Shown here piece after piece: positions 63,041-64,000 of a stretch of 64,000 bases of DNA. Source of the DNA: the human T2T-CHM13v2.0 reference genome, Homo sapiens. Where the stretch lies: the NCBI RefSeq assembly GCF_009914755.1, contig NC_060925.1; one strand, given 5' to 3'. The first letter of the stretch is position 1; every line of letters begins with the position of its first letter. The position numbers and the translations under genes were made by a program. The notes under the pieces are model-generated. The model searched no databases. It was not told the origin of the DNA and was given only the letters and a program-made list of their open reading frames with translations.

Positions 63041-63427
<387 letters not shown>

Positions 63428-63439
63428 TCCCTGGGGCTT

Positions 63440-63750
63440 CTTTTTAATCATATACCCTGCCTCACCTTCCCTTCCTGGAAATTGTCACCATCTTACTCTT
63501 ATTTCTTACTCTCCTGCTTTCCTTTATTTTTGCCACAGGAATCATGAATATATTGTTAAACAATCTATTTTTAGATTTGCTTGCTTTTGAACTTTATAAA
63601 AATGGTATCACATACTATATATTGTCTTTGGTGACTTGGTGCTTCTAAAATACATCCATGGAAATCCTTGGCTGTAGATTGTTAGTTACAACGGTATACT
63701 AGTCCATTGTGTGGACATACACAATTTAAAAAATCTATTATAATAGTTTT
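63440..63750 (-). mobile_element. L1ME 3' UTR fragment
   Basis: TTTTGAACTTTATAAAAATGGTATCACATACTATAT, TCCATTGTGTGGACATACACAATTTA. Confidence 0.7.
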
Positions 63751-63814
63751 TCTGGTTTTGGAGGTTGGATCCAGCTGGATATATTTGTGAAACCCCCAGA
63801 GAAGGCCAGGAAGA

Positions 63815-63950
63815 TGGGAAAAGTAGCCAGAGGCCAGACATTTAGGCATTACAGGCCAGCATAAGGAGTGTGGATTTTGATTCTAAATCCATTGAGACTC
63901 TATCAAGGGGTTCTAAATAGGGACCTGATATGATTGAATTTATGATGATT
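63815..63950 (-). mobile_element. L2 fragment
   Basis: TAAGGAGTGTGGATTTTGATTCTAA, TGATATGATTG. Confidence 0.6.
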
Positions 63951-64000
63951 TACTTCATTTTATCTTTCAGAGTATCCCATTTATCTGGTGAAACAGCCAT

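Overview
Human genomic DNA (an AluYb8 copy makes it human), repeat-dense and apparently non-coding. I recognise no protein-coding exon, RNA gene, CpG island or processed pseudogene. Nearly all longer ORFs are read-throughs of Alu, SVA, L1 or microsatellite sequence. The window holds about 25 Alu-family copies (FAM, FLAM, J, S, Y, Yb8), one full-length SVA with a 15-bp target-site duplication (TSD), several L1 pieces (one 5'-inverted with TSD), L2, L3/CR1, MIRs, MaLR/ERVL/ERV1 solo LTRs and hAT DNA-transposon relics. An apparent G+T excess on the + strand suggests an intron of a + strand gene, but I did not measure it and cannot name a gene. I found no convincing novel biological system. The most notable observations are: two young insertions (AluYb8, SVA) 2.8 kb apart; a twin-priming L1 inversion; an exact 20-mer shared by two unrelated LTRs; a 17-bp-stem hairpin around an Alu-like 5' end; a trimeric Alu; an unusually long Alu TSD; and two speculative micro-exons. 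Subfamily names come from remembered consensus features, not alignments, and boundaries of old repeats are approximate.
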